Below are positions 18,145 to 27,036 of a stretch of DNA of 28,317 nucleotides, piece by piece; within the stretch, counting starts at the first letter, position 1, and every line of letters starts with the position of its first letter. Source of the stretch: a bacterium (GTDB lineage: Bacteria > Zhuqueibacterota > Zhuqueibacteria > Zhuqueibacterales > Zhuqueibacteraceae); the NCBI GenBank assembly GCA_044869275.1, contig JBIOXB010000174.1, positions 1-28,317 on the forward strand. The letters are read 5' to 3'. Position numbers and translations under genes: made by a program. The notes below the pieces were generated by a model. It was not told the DNA's origin. It worked only from the letters and a program-made list of their open reading frames with translations, and did not search any database.

Positions 18145-19068
18145 ATGAATTTTGCCATCGGCATCGATCTCGGCGCGAGCAAGATCAAGCTCGTGAACGT
18201 TCGAGAAGATGGAGCGGTGTTGGCACGCCGCACCGTGCCAACGCATGATAATACAGAAATGCGTTGGGCCGACCATATCAAAATGTTGATCAATTCGGTC
18301 GAATCGAGCATGAGCGAAGCGGCGACATGGATCGGGTTGGCTGCTCCGGGCTTGGCTTCGCGAGATCATCGTTTTATTGCCTTTATGCCCTCGCGACTGC
18401 CGGGACTCGAAAGGCTCGATTGGACAAGTTTCTTGCAACGCTCGAATGCTGTAACCGTGTTGAACGATGCGCATGCCGCATTGTATGGCGAGCACTGGCT
18501 TGGCGCTGCCGCCGGCTTCGAAAATGTCATGATGCTTACTTTGGGCACGGGCGTGGGAGGAGCGATTCTTTCACGCGGCGAGCTCATGACCGGAACGATT
18601 GGACGTGCCGGACATCTCGGGCACCTTTGTCTGGATCCAAACGCGTCAAAAGATATCGTCAATACCCCAGGCAGCCTTGAATGGATGATAGGTGATTATA
18701 CGGTTCATGAAAGGAGCCGAGGTTTGTTTCATTCGACCAAAGATCTCGTCGCGGCGCATCTCGCCGGCAATCAGACTGCCACCGCGATTTGGTTGAAGTC
18801 GGTTCATGCGCTCAGTTGCGCGATTGCTTCGCTGGTCAATGTTCTCGATCCGGAAGCCGTGATTATAGGCGGGGGCATCAGTCGCGCCGGGGATGCGCTG
18901 TTCGAACCGTTGCGAAAATTCATGGCTGAAGTCGAATGGCGTCCGGGCGGTCATCGTGTCGAAATCATGGCCGCACAGCTTGGCGAATGGGCAGGCGCAT
19001 TGGGCGCGGCGCGCTTTGCGATGACGAACAAGGCGCGCAATACTGCGCTTAGATTGAATAGAATCTAA
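18145..19068 (+). CDS. ROK family sugar kinase
   Basis: GIDLGASKIK, LNDAHAA, TLGTGVGG, GHLGH, DPEAVIIGGGI, AGALGAA. Confidence 0.9.
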   Translation: MNFAIGIDLGASKIKLVNVREDGAVLARRTVPTHDNTEMRWADHIKMLINSVESSMSEAATWIGLAAPGLASRDHRFIAFMPSRLPGLERLDWTSFLQRSNAVTVLNDAHAALYGEHWLGAAAGFENVMMLTLGTGVGGAILSRGELMTGTIGRAGHLGHLCLDPNASKDIVNTPGSLEWMIGDYTVHERSRGLFHSTKDLVAAHLAGNQTATAIWLKSVHALSCAIASLVNVLDPEAVIIGGGISRAGDALFEPLRKFMAEVEWRPGGHRVEIMAAQLGEWAGALGAARFAMTNKARNTALRLNRI

Positions 19069-19200
19069 ATTCTTTCAACTCAGCAAGTGTTTTCGATTAG
19101 TTGGGCTGTTTCCGGTTCCCGACACTTCAGCCATTTTATGGAGGGTATTTATAGATTCTTTTAGAATGCAGCGGGACAGAGCCCGCAATCCCAAAAGCTC

Positions 19201-19265
19201 TGTACGCAGATCAAAACAGATTCACGCAGATTTTTATCAGCGTTAATCCGCGAAATCTGCGTATA
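19201..19265. repeat. 9/10-mer inverted array hairpin A
   Basis: TACGCAGAT CAAAACAGAT TCACGCAGAT / ATCAGCGTTA ATCCGCGAA ATCTGCGTA. Confidence 0.7.
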
Positions 19266-19315
19266 GAAGAAACTTTGTCAAAAAAGCAGAGATTTGCCAG
19301 TTTGTATTACAGATA

Positions 19316-19387
19316 ACCCGGATGACACGGATTCACACTGATTTCTGATCAAAAGCGAAAATCGGCCTAATCCGTGGCATCCGTGGT
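19316..19387. repeat. 9/10-mer inverted array hairpin B
   Basis: ACCCGGATG ACACGGATT CACACTGATT / AATCGGCCT AATCCGTGG CATCCGTGGT. Confidence 0.7.
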
Positions 19388-19491
19388 CAAAAAAGTATTG
19401 AAAACTACTTTTAAAAAACTGCTGAGGCTTCGGAAGGGGACAAAGTCCATCCTTTGGGAAAGCTTTTCATTTCGTATTGAGTCACAACACC

Positions 19492-20331
19492 ATGACGGCA
19501 TTGAGCTCTGCGCGACGGCCAGCTTTTGAATATTTGCAAAGATGCAGGGAATTGGTCGACCTGGTTGAGCACCAACTGGATAAAATAAACCAAGCCGCCG
19601 GCTGGTTCGCGGAAACGATCCTGGCCGATCGCATGGTGCATTTATTCGGCGCGGGCCACAGCCGGATTCTCGTCGAAGAAATGTGGCCGCGCTACGGCTC
19701 GTTTCCCGGTTTCAATCCGATTGTGGAGTTGTCGATGACGTTTCACAATCCCGTGGTGGGGCCGAACGGCCAGCGCCAGGCCATGTTTATAGAAAATGTC
19801 AGCGGCTTGGCGGAACGCATCTTGCGAAACTTCATGCTCTCGCCTAAAGATTCGGCGTTAGTGATCTCCTCCAGTGGCTGCAACGTTGTTCCCATCGAAA
19901 TGGCAAAAGGGTTTCAAGAGAGTGGCCTCAAAGTCGTGGGGCTGATTACGGCCAAACATGCTGCAGCGAGCGTGAGCAAACATCCCTCCGGCAAAAAACT
20001 CGCGGATTACGCGGATCTGGTTCTTGACACCGGCGCGCCGGTTGGCGATGCCATGGTGAGTATTGCAGATCTTGAAACCCCGGTTGCGCCCGGTTCGACC
20101 GTGGGAGGGTGTCTGGTGATCAACGCCATCAAAGCCAATGTGGCGGAGCGGCTCACGGCAGCCGGAAAACCGCCGAAGGTGCTTACCGCGGCTTCCCTCG
20201 TTGGCGGAGAAAAATCTTCATCTTTGTTTGAATCGGCTTACGACGAGCATTCCTCCCGCTTGAGCAGGTTGTATGGAAGTTTTGATGAATACGGCCTTGC
20301 GCAGCAGTCCCTGCGCAAGCCGGGTGGGTAG
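19492..20331 (+). CDS. SIS domain sugar isomerase-like protein
   Basis: VHLFGAGHS, LVISSSGCNVVPIEMA, ADLVLDTGAPVGDA, PGSTVGG; ATG at 19492 preferred to TTG at 19477. Confidence 0.87.
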   Translation: MTALSSARRPAFEYLQRCRELVDLVEHQLDKINQAAGWFAETILADRMVHLFGAGHSRILVEEMWPRYGSFPGFNPIVELSMTFHNPVVGPNGQRQAMFIENVSGLAERILRNFMLSPKDSALVISSSGCNVVPIEMAKGFQESGLKVVGLITAKHAAASVSKHPSGKKLADYADLVLDTGAPVGDAMVSIADLETPVAPGSTVGGCLVINAIKANVAERLTAAGKPPKVLTAASLVGGEKSSSLFESAYDEHSSRLSRLYGSFDEYGLAQQSLRKPGG

Positions 20332-20388
20332 AGTGCAATGCGCTTGCTGGCACTGTTTCAAATCTCATTCTCTTGAGGAATACTTCAC

Positions 20389-21417
20389 ATGCCCGTTCTT
20401 CCCGTGCGCACCACCGTCGTCGGCAGCTATCCTTTTCCGGGCTGGCTCGAGTTTTCCAGCCAGCATCTCGACCAGTTCGGTGCGGCAGACCTCGCAGAGA
20501 TGCAAGAACATGCGGTGCTCGCAGCGATTCATGATCAAATGGCCGCCGGCCTCGATGTGATCACCGACGGGGAGCAGACGCGCTTCGATTTCAATCTCTC
20601 GTTTTACGGGTATCTGGAAGGCATTAAACCGGAATCAGAATCTCCTCGCAAATGGGGACCGCCGGCGCACGATCAGCGCGGCAAGCATGAAATCATCGGC
20701 GAGCTGTGCGCGCCACGCGGCTTGGGCGCAGTTGCTGAATTCAAGCGATTGCAGCGCCTGGCGCCAACCGGACCAGCGCTCAAAGCCAGTGTGCCCGGAG
20801 CCTACACCCTGAGCGGGCGTTTGATCCCCAATGCGCGTTACAAAGATCGCTATGAAATTGCTGAAGTGCTCTTGCCCCTCGTCCGCAACGAATTGGAAGG
20901 CTTGGTGCAGGCAGGCTGCACGGAATTATCCGTTGATGAACCTTCCATGAGCTGTTACGCCTATCGTGAAGATACCAAGCGCTTTGTCGATATCTTCAAT
21001 CGCACCGTCGCACCCGTGGTGGGCAAGTGCCGGCTTTCGGCGCATCTTTGCTTCGGCAATTACAAAGGGCATGCGGTGGGCTATCGCCGTCTCGCTCCCA
21101 TGTTTCCGGACTTTCTCGATCTCAAAGTGAATGAGATGCATGTGGAAATGGCCAATCGTGAGTTTGCCGAGATCGAGATGATTGCGGGCATTGCTGAACA
21201 GATGGAGGTAGCCGTCGGCGTTGTCGATGTCAAGAGCTATTACATTGAATCGGTGGAGGATATTGCTGCACGCATCAAGCTTTGTTTGCAGTATGTGCCC
21301 GCCGAAAAGCTGTCCATCGCGCCGGATTGTGGCTTGAGCCAAACCGCGAGGTGGGCTGCGAAACAAAAGTTGATAAGCATGGTTGAGGGCGCGAGAAGGG
21401 TAAGAAAGCAATTGTAG
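20389..21417 (+). CDS. cobalamin-independent methionine synthase II (MetE C-terminal domain) family protein
   Basis: TTVVGSYP, GLDVITDGEQTR, SVDEP; Zn-ligand motifs HLCFGN, HVE and APDCGL. Confidence 0.88.
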   Translation: MPVLPVRTTVVGSYPFPGWLEFSSQHLDQFGAADLAEMQEHAVLAAIHDQMAAGLDVITDGEQTRFDFNLSFYGYLEGIKPESESPRKWGPPAHDQRGKHEIIGELCAPRGLGAVAEFKRLQRLAPTGPALKASVPGAYTLSGRLIPNARYKDRYEIAEVLLPLVRNELEGLVQAGCTELSVDEPSMSCYAYREDTKRFVDIFNRTVAPVVGKCRLSAHLCFGNYKGHAVGYRRLAPMFPDFLDLKVNEMHVEMANREFAEIEMIAGIAEQMEVAVGVVDVKSYYIESVEDIAARIKLCLQYVPAEKLSIAPDCGLSQTARWAAKQKLISMVEGARRVRKQL

Positions 21418-21482
21418 GCACTTGGAGTTTTGAATCCGTTGGCTGCTTTTATCCGTTGGAAGAATTTACAGAACCAGTCGCC

Positions 21483-22337
21483 ATGATAGTTCCTCGACTA
21501 AAGCACGATGCCTTATTGACCGATATCCGTGCTGCCGCGGTGAATCATGCCTCCTTCCATCTGTGGTGGCTCGGGCAGAGCGGATTTCTCCTGCAATGGC
21601 AGGGCAAGCATCTGCTCCTCGATCCCTATCTCTCTGATGCGTTGACGCGAAAATACGCAAAGACCGACTTGCCGCATATCCGAATGACGGAACTGGTGAT
21701 CGATCCGGCGCGACTTGATTTCATTGATATGGTCACCTCCAGCCACAATCACACCGACCATCTTGATGCTGAGACATTGGTTCCTTTGCTGAAAGCCAAT
21801 CCCGGGCTCAAGCTGCTCATTGCTGAAGCCAATCGCGAATTTGTTGCCGAGCGGCTTGGTATAAATGCTGCGGGTCCAATCGGCTTGAACGAGGGCGACA
21901 GCGTCGCGTGGGAGCGCTTCAAGTTCACCGGCGTGCCCGCGGCGCACGAAAACATTGAGCGTGACGCGCATGGACACTGCAGGTTCGTGGGATATGTGAT
22001 TCAGTTCGGCACGTGGACCCTCTATCACAGTGGCGACACGGTGCGGCACGATGAGATCGTGTCGCAGTTGAAAAACTTTTCCATCGATGTCGCCTTGCTG
22101 CCCATTAACGGCCGCAAGAGCGATCGCCGGGTGGCGGGAAATCTCGATGCCAAAGAAGCCGTGGAGTTCGCCCGGCAGATCGGCGCCAGACTGGCGATCC
22201 CCTGCCATTACGACATGTTCTCCTTCAACACGGCTGATCCGCAGGAATTCGCGCGCGAGGCGGAAGCACATGGCCAGCCCTATCGCCTATTGCAATGCGG
22301 CGAGCATTGGAGCAGCGTTGAGATAAAAAGCGATTGA
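21483..22337 (+). CDS. MBL-fold metallo-hydrolase (UlaG-like lactonase)
   Basis: WWLGQSGF, LLDPYLS, SHNHTDHLD, YHSGDT, LLPING, IPCHYDMF; ATG at 21483. Confidence 0.88.
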   Translation: MIVPRLKHDALLTDIRAAAVNHASFHLWWLGQSGFLLQWQGKHLLLDPYLSDALTRKYAKTDLPHIRMTELVIDPARLDFIDMVTSSHNHTDHLDAETLVPLLKANPGLKLLIAEANREFVAERLGINAAGPIGLNEGDSVAWERFKFTGVPAAHENIERDAHGHCRFVGYVIQFGTWTLYHSGDTVRHDEIVSQLKNFSIDVALLPINGRKSDRRVAGNLDAKEAVEFARQIGARLAIPCHYDMFSFNTADPQEFAREAEAHGQPYRLLQCGEHWSSVEIKSD

Positions 22338-22459
22338 CAGACACGGAAATAACATTATCTTGCGGAGACGAGCGCGCCGGTCAACGATGCATTTTTCGCG
22401 GTATGACAAGTTCTGTGTCATGAATCCCACCAATCATATAACAGGAAAGGAAAACGAGT

Positions 22460-23941
22460 ATGCCAGATCGTGAAACAACCTCCAAGCCACAGGGCGGCGC
22501 GATGACACGCCGCCAATTTCTGGGAACCACGGCGGCGGCGGCGGCATTTACCATCGTTCCGCGACGCGTGCTCGGTGGCCCCGGCTTCGTGCCGCCGAGT
22601 GACAAGGTCAATCTCGCCATGATCGGCGTCGGTGGACAGGGCACATACGACATGACCCAGTTCATGCAACTTCCGCAGGTGCAAGTCGTCGCAGTGGCTG
22701 ATCCCGTCAAAGAAATGGATTACAGCAAGTTCTATTTTGGTGGGATCAAGGGGCGCGATCCAGCGAAACAATTGGTGGATGAGACCTATGCCAAGCTAGC
22801 CGGTAATGGTTCCTACAACGGCTGCAATGCGTATGTCGATTTTTACGAGATGCTCGAAAAAGAAACCGGCATTGACGCCGTCTGCGTGTCGACCACGGAC
22901 AACTTGCACGCGTTTGGCGCAATGGCCGCGATGAAAAAGAAAAAGCACGTTTACTGCCAGAAGCCGTTGACGCATGACGTTTGGGAAGCGCGCCAGCTCA
23001 CGCTCGCCGCGCGCGAGCACAAAGTCATGACCCAAATGGGGAACCAAGGCCGTGCCGGTGAAGGCAACCGCCTGATGGTGGAATGGATCGAAGACGGCGC
23101 CATTGGCGACATCACCGAAGTGCATTCTTGGACGGACCGGCCCGCGGGTTACTGGCCGCAAGGTGTGACGCGGCCCGATTACGTTCCCGCGGTCACTCCC
23201 GATACCATTGATTGGGAGCGTTGGGTCGGCCCGGCGCCGATGCGTCCTTATCATCCGATCTATCTGCCGTTCAATTGGCGGGGCTGGTGGGATTACGGTA
23301 CCGGAGCGTTAGGAGACATGGGCTGCCACATTTTAGATACGCCGGTGTGGGCGCTCAAGCTCGGCCATCCCATTGCCGTGCAGGCGAGTTCCTCACCCTT
23401 CACTGAAGACAGCGGCCCCATTGCCACGATCGTGACGTTCGAGTTTCCGGCGCGCGACAAAATGCCGCCGCTGAAATTGATCTGGTACGAAGGCGGATTG
23501 ACGCCGCCGCGGCCGGTTGAGCTCGAAGCAGGGCGTCGCGTGGGCGATGGCAGCGGCACGCTGTTCCTGGGTACGAAAGGCGCGATCATGTGCAACACCT
23601 ATGCGGAACAACCGCGTCTCGTTCCGGAGACGAAAATGAAAGCCTACAAACAACCCCCCAAGCGCCTCAAACGCGTGCCCGAGGGCTTAGCCGGCATTTA
23701 TGCGGATTTCATCAACTCGATCAAAACCGGCGAACCGGCCTGCTCGAATTTCGACGTCTCCGGCCCGCTTTCCGAAATCGTGTTGATGGGCAACCTCGCC
23801 GTGCGCGCGAACGCCGCCTTCCAAGACAAGGGCCTGCGCGGCCAACGCTTGTTGTGGGACGGTGAAAAAATGGAAGTGACGAACATCCCCGAAGCGAACA
23901 AATTCGTCAAACGCGAATATCGCGAAGGATGGAGTCTGTAA
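22460..23941 (+). CDS. Gfo/Idh/MocA family oxidoreductase with Tat signal
   Basis: MTRRQFLG; AMIGVGGQG, VYCQKPL, WRGWWDYGTGALGDMGCH. Confidence 0.92.
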   Translation: MPDRETTSKPQGGAMTRRQFLGTTAAAAAFTIVPRRVLGGPGFVPPSDKVNLAMIGVGGQGTYDMTQFMQLPQVQVVAVADPVKEMDYSKFYFGGIKGRDPAKQLVDETYAKLAGNGSYNGCNAYVDFYEMLEKETGIDAVCVSTTDNLHAFGAMAAMKKKKHVYCQKPLTHDVWEARQLTLAAREHKVMTQMGNQGRAGEGNRLMVEWIEDGAIGDITEVHSWTDRPAGYWPQGVTRPDYVPAVTPDTIDWERWVGPAPMRPYHPIYLPFNWRGWWDYGTGALGDMGCHILDTPVWALKLGHPIAVQASSSPFTEDSGPIATIVTFEFPARDKMPPLKLIWYEGGLTPPRPVELEAGRRVGDGSGTLFLGTKGAIMCNTYAEQPRLVPETKMKAYKQPPKRLKRVPEGLAGIYADFINSIKTGEPACSNFDVSGPLSEIVLMGNLAVRANAAFQDKGLRGQRLLWDGEKMEVTNIPEANKFVKREYREGWSL

Positions 23942-23964
23942 GCCAGCCGGGCGGAAGAAGGTTG

Positions 23965-24020
23965 CGGATTGATGGATTCATGGATTGCTGCAGGCTCGGC
24001 GCTTCATGGTCCATCAATCT
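23965..24020. repeat. short remnant 8-mer hairpin
   Basis: CGGATTGA TGGATTCA TGGATTGC ... TCCATCAATC; perfect 10-bp IR with 23967-23976. Confidence 0.55.
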
Positions 24021-24067
24021 AAAGAAAATCGTGGAATCATTCAGAAAAACTATCAGCTATCCTTTTT

Positions 24068-26089
24068 ATGAAGACTGCGCAAATAGACATCAGATTTCCA
24101 GACGTTGAGCAAGATATGGCAGAGCTGACTGGAGAACCATCTATTGATCATTATTTCCCGGAGGATGAAGCCAATGCTCTTGCCAGGCTTGAGTCCTATA
24201 ATAAGCACCTTTTCCGGCCCAATTCATATCTACACAAATGGTGGGCGCGAAGATCAGGAACAACATTTCGATATTTACTAAAACAACTTGCTCCAGATCG
24301 ACACCTCAGAGATTATTATTGCCCTGGCGGGTTGGAGGGCGTTACCATTCTCGATCCAATGATAGGCGGGGGTACAACTTTACACGAAGCGATAAGATTG
24401 GGTGCCAACGTTATCGGGTACGACATTGACCCAATACCAATTCTTCAAGCCAAAGCTTCTTTGGCCGATATTGATCCGTATGAGAAGCAAGCTGTATTCA
24501 AAGATTTTCTGCAAAGACTGAAATCAAGTTTATCTGAATACTTTCAAACCAAGTGTCCGAAATGTCACGTAGAGTGCGAAACACAATTCGTCCTATATGG
24601 AGTAAGGAAGCTGTTCAACGGCACGGAAGTTGTTGTCATCGATTCATTCATACTTCGTTTTGAATCAAATGGTAAACATAAGAGGTTTGAGGATTTATAT
24701 CCCTCACGACAATTCAAATGCGGGAAGAATTGTTGGGAAGTACTTGATAAAGACAATGCGAAAGAGCGAGGAATCAACGGGAAGGGGGCTGAAAAATTTT
24801 CAATTAGTTTCAATGAACGTTACGTTCCCTTGGTTATCGTTGGGTACTGTAAAAAACATGAAGGCTTTTTTAAGGCAATTGAGGAAACGGATCTCCTAAT
24901 TTTGGAGAAAGCTCGCAAAAGTTCTGCCCAAATAGATTTACCAGCGCTAGAGAGACTTTCCATCCCGCATGGGCCAAAGTCTGATGATCTTTTGAACAGA
25001 GGCGTGTCTTATTTCCATGAGCTTTTCTTTCCGCGCCAGTTGCTTTATCTTGGCGAAGCAAAAAGCCTTCTCAACACGCTTCCTAAAGAGCATATTCCAT
25101 GGATGAGTTTGCTTATCTCCACATCTTTAGAGTTTAATTCTGCGCTATGTGGTTACAAGGGTGCGGAAGTGCGTCGACCTGGTGCAGTACGTCATGTCTT
25201 TTCACACCACGCCTATTCGTTTCCTTATACGTCGCTTGAAAACAATCCTGTTTTCTCCGGAAAGACTTCTGGGACATTAGGCCGCCTTTTCGATACCCGT
25301 ATTTTTGCTGCTAGTAAGTGGGCTAGGGCACCTATCGAAAGACACTATTCAAACGGGAAATGGGAAAAGACGACCATTTTAAATGAATCTGATATTGGCC
25401 ATGAATGCTCCTCAATAAGTAGCTTTGTTAGACAAAAAAAACTACTTCTTGTTAAGCAAATTGATTCATCGATGATTCCTTTGCCAGATAACTCCGTAGA
25501 TTTTGTTGTAACCGATCCTCCATATCTTGACAGTGTCCAGTATAGCGACCTATCGCATTTTTTCAGGTGTTGGTTGCGTTGGTTTCTGCCCAAACATGCT
25601 GATTGGAATTATCTTGCCACTTCGTCGGCTGTGGCGGAAACAAAGCATAATGAGCAAAAGTTTGGCGAAGTGTTAACGAAGATCTGGCAAGGATGCAATC
25701 GCGTATTGATTCGCCCTCACGGCAGGCTTATTTTTACTTATCACCATTGGCGTGCCAGCGGATGGGTACAGCTTTCAATTGCTCTCTCCGAAGCGAAGTT
25801 TCGTTTGATCAATGCATATGTCGTGCATTCTGAAAACCCCATCTCTGTTCACATTATGAACTTGAAAGCTCTTGAACATGATACAATTCTTGTCTTGAAA
25901 CCAATAGATGAATCAAACGAGAAACGTTGGCGACAGCCAGAACCAGTAAGATTAGATGACAGTTATTCTTTCTGCAAAGGGTGTGCTCAAATGCTTGGCT
26001 GGGTGTTAGACCACAGTCTTTGTAAGGAGATGATCACTGAAGTTTGGGAAAACTTTCTAAAAGACAGTAATGGCAAAATTTCCATCTGA
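24068..26089 (+). CDS. amino-type DNA methyltransferase (DUF1156-like)
   Basis: LHKWWARR, SAM-binding DPMIGGGTT...GYDIDP, CPKC, catalytic VTDPPY, GRLIFTYHH. Confidence 0.88.
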   Translation: MKTAQIDIRFPDVEQDMAELTGEPSIDHYFPEDEANALARLESYNKHLFRPNSYLHKWWARRSGTTFRYLLKQLAPDRHLRDYYCPGGLEGVTILDPMIGGGTTLHEAIRLGANVIGYDIDPIPILQAKASLADIDPYEKQAVFKDFLQRLKSSLSEYFQTKCPKCHVECETQFVLYGVRKLFNGTEVVVIDSFILRFESNGKHKRFEDLYPSRQFKCGKNCWEVLDKDNAKERGINGKGAEKFSISFNERYVPLVIVGYCKKHEGFFKAIEETDLLILEKARKSSAQIDLPALERLSIPHGPKSDDLLNRGVSYFHELFFPRQLLYLGEAKSLLNTLPKEHIPWMSLLISTSLEFNSALCGYKGAEVRRPGAVRHVFSHHAYSFPYTSLENNPVFSGKTSGTLGRLFDTRIFAASKWARAPIERHYSNGKWEKTTILNESDIGHECSSISSFVRQKKLLLVKQIDSSMIPLPDNSVDFVVTDPPYLDSVQYSDLSHFFRCWLRWFLPKHADWNYLATSSAVAETKHNEQKFGEVLTKIWQGCNRVLIRPHGRLIFTYHHWRASGWVQLSIALSEAKFRLINAYVVHSENPISVHIMNLKALEHDTILVLKPIDESNEKRWRQPEPVRLDDSYSFCKGCAQMLGWVLDHSLCKEMITEVWENFLKDSNGKISI

Positions 26090-27014
26090 GATATTTGGCT
26101 TCTTCTGGCAAGATACGAGTCAAGAAGCCAAAGGTGCACGGGAAAAGTATTGGTGCCCGTTTCATAATTCTGTGTGTTATAAACAGAGTAGGCTATTGAG
26201 CCACCCATTTGGCGTGTGCACAGCGCATGTTGAAGGGAAAGAAATCGCCCTATGTCCGCGCCGTTTTCTCGAGAAGAACATTATCTTTCGTGACATCGCC
26301 ATTCGGCATTTCAAATCATGTGATAATATTCTGGTATTCGCCGAAGTAAGATTGGGAAAAATTGGTAACTTTGATTTTGTGCTCGTGAAGCATAAGCCGA
26401 TGAGTGCAGAGGTCGAAGATTTTGTTATTGTTGAGTTTCAGACAGGACAAACGACTAGCACAGGAAAGCTGGTCAACGGTCTTAAAGACTTCTTGCAGGA
26501 CGGACAATTTCAGCAGGGAATATCCTATAACTTTGGTATCAATACTTATGATATTTGGAAGAGAACGTTTACACAAATTTTGAACAAGGGCATAATTCTA
26601 GAAAAATGGAAGCGGAAGATAATCTGGGTGATTCAAGAACCGATCTTCGAATACTTTCAGTATAAATACAGGTTGCAGCAACTGAGTTATAACGAAACAC
26701 ATTCAACGGTTTTTGCTTTATATGATTTGCACCCGAACCAAGATGCACTTGTGCTTACCGAATCCCAAATCTTATCGTCGACCATCGATGATTTGTTTAA
26801 TGCATTCAGAAAGAATGACGATATTCCTCCCGTAGAACAATTCATTGATCGTCTCGAAGCCAAACTTAAGGATGATACAAAATTAGGCCTTCGTTTAGAC
26901 GTTATCAAAACTTATCCAGGTATTGATGCGCCTCGACCCACTTCAACCGGACGGATACGAGAGGACGATGAGCAATATGGTTCAAAAGACAAACAACAAA
27001 AACTGTTTGACTAA
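26070..27014 (+). CDS. NotI-family type II restriction endonuclease
   Basis: Cys4 pattern CPF....C.K.......GVC...........CPRRF and catalytic FDFVLV...VEFQT; overlaps the MTase stop. Confidence 0.82.
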   Translation: MAKFPSEIFGFFWQDTSQEAKGAREKYWCPFHNSVCYKQSRLLSHPFGVCTAHVEGKEIALCPRRFLEKNIIFRDIAIRHFKSCDNILVFAEVRLGKIGNFDFVLVKHKPMSAEVEDFVIVEFQTGQTTSTGKLVNGLKDFLQDGQFQQGISYNFGINTYDIWKRTFTQILNKGIILEKWKRKIIWVIQEPIFEYFQYKYRLQQLSYNETHSTVFALYDLHPNQDALVLTESQILSSTIDDLFNAFRKNDDIPPVEQFIDRLEAKLKDDTKLGLRLDVIKTYPGIDAPRPTSTGRIREDDEQYGSKDKQQKLFD

Positions 27015-27036
27015 AGCGCATTGTGCAATTGGAATA

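Noticed and set aside
20389..21417. Assigning the symbol metE
   Set aside because: Only the single catalytic-type domain is present and the context is sugar catabolism, so the function is unproven.
24068..27014. Inferring the R-M recognition site from site avoidance
   Set aside because: GCGGCCGC, CGGCCG and CGTACG all occur in the window, and 28 kb is too small for avoidance statistics.
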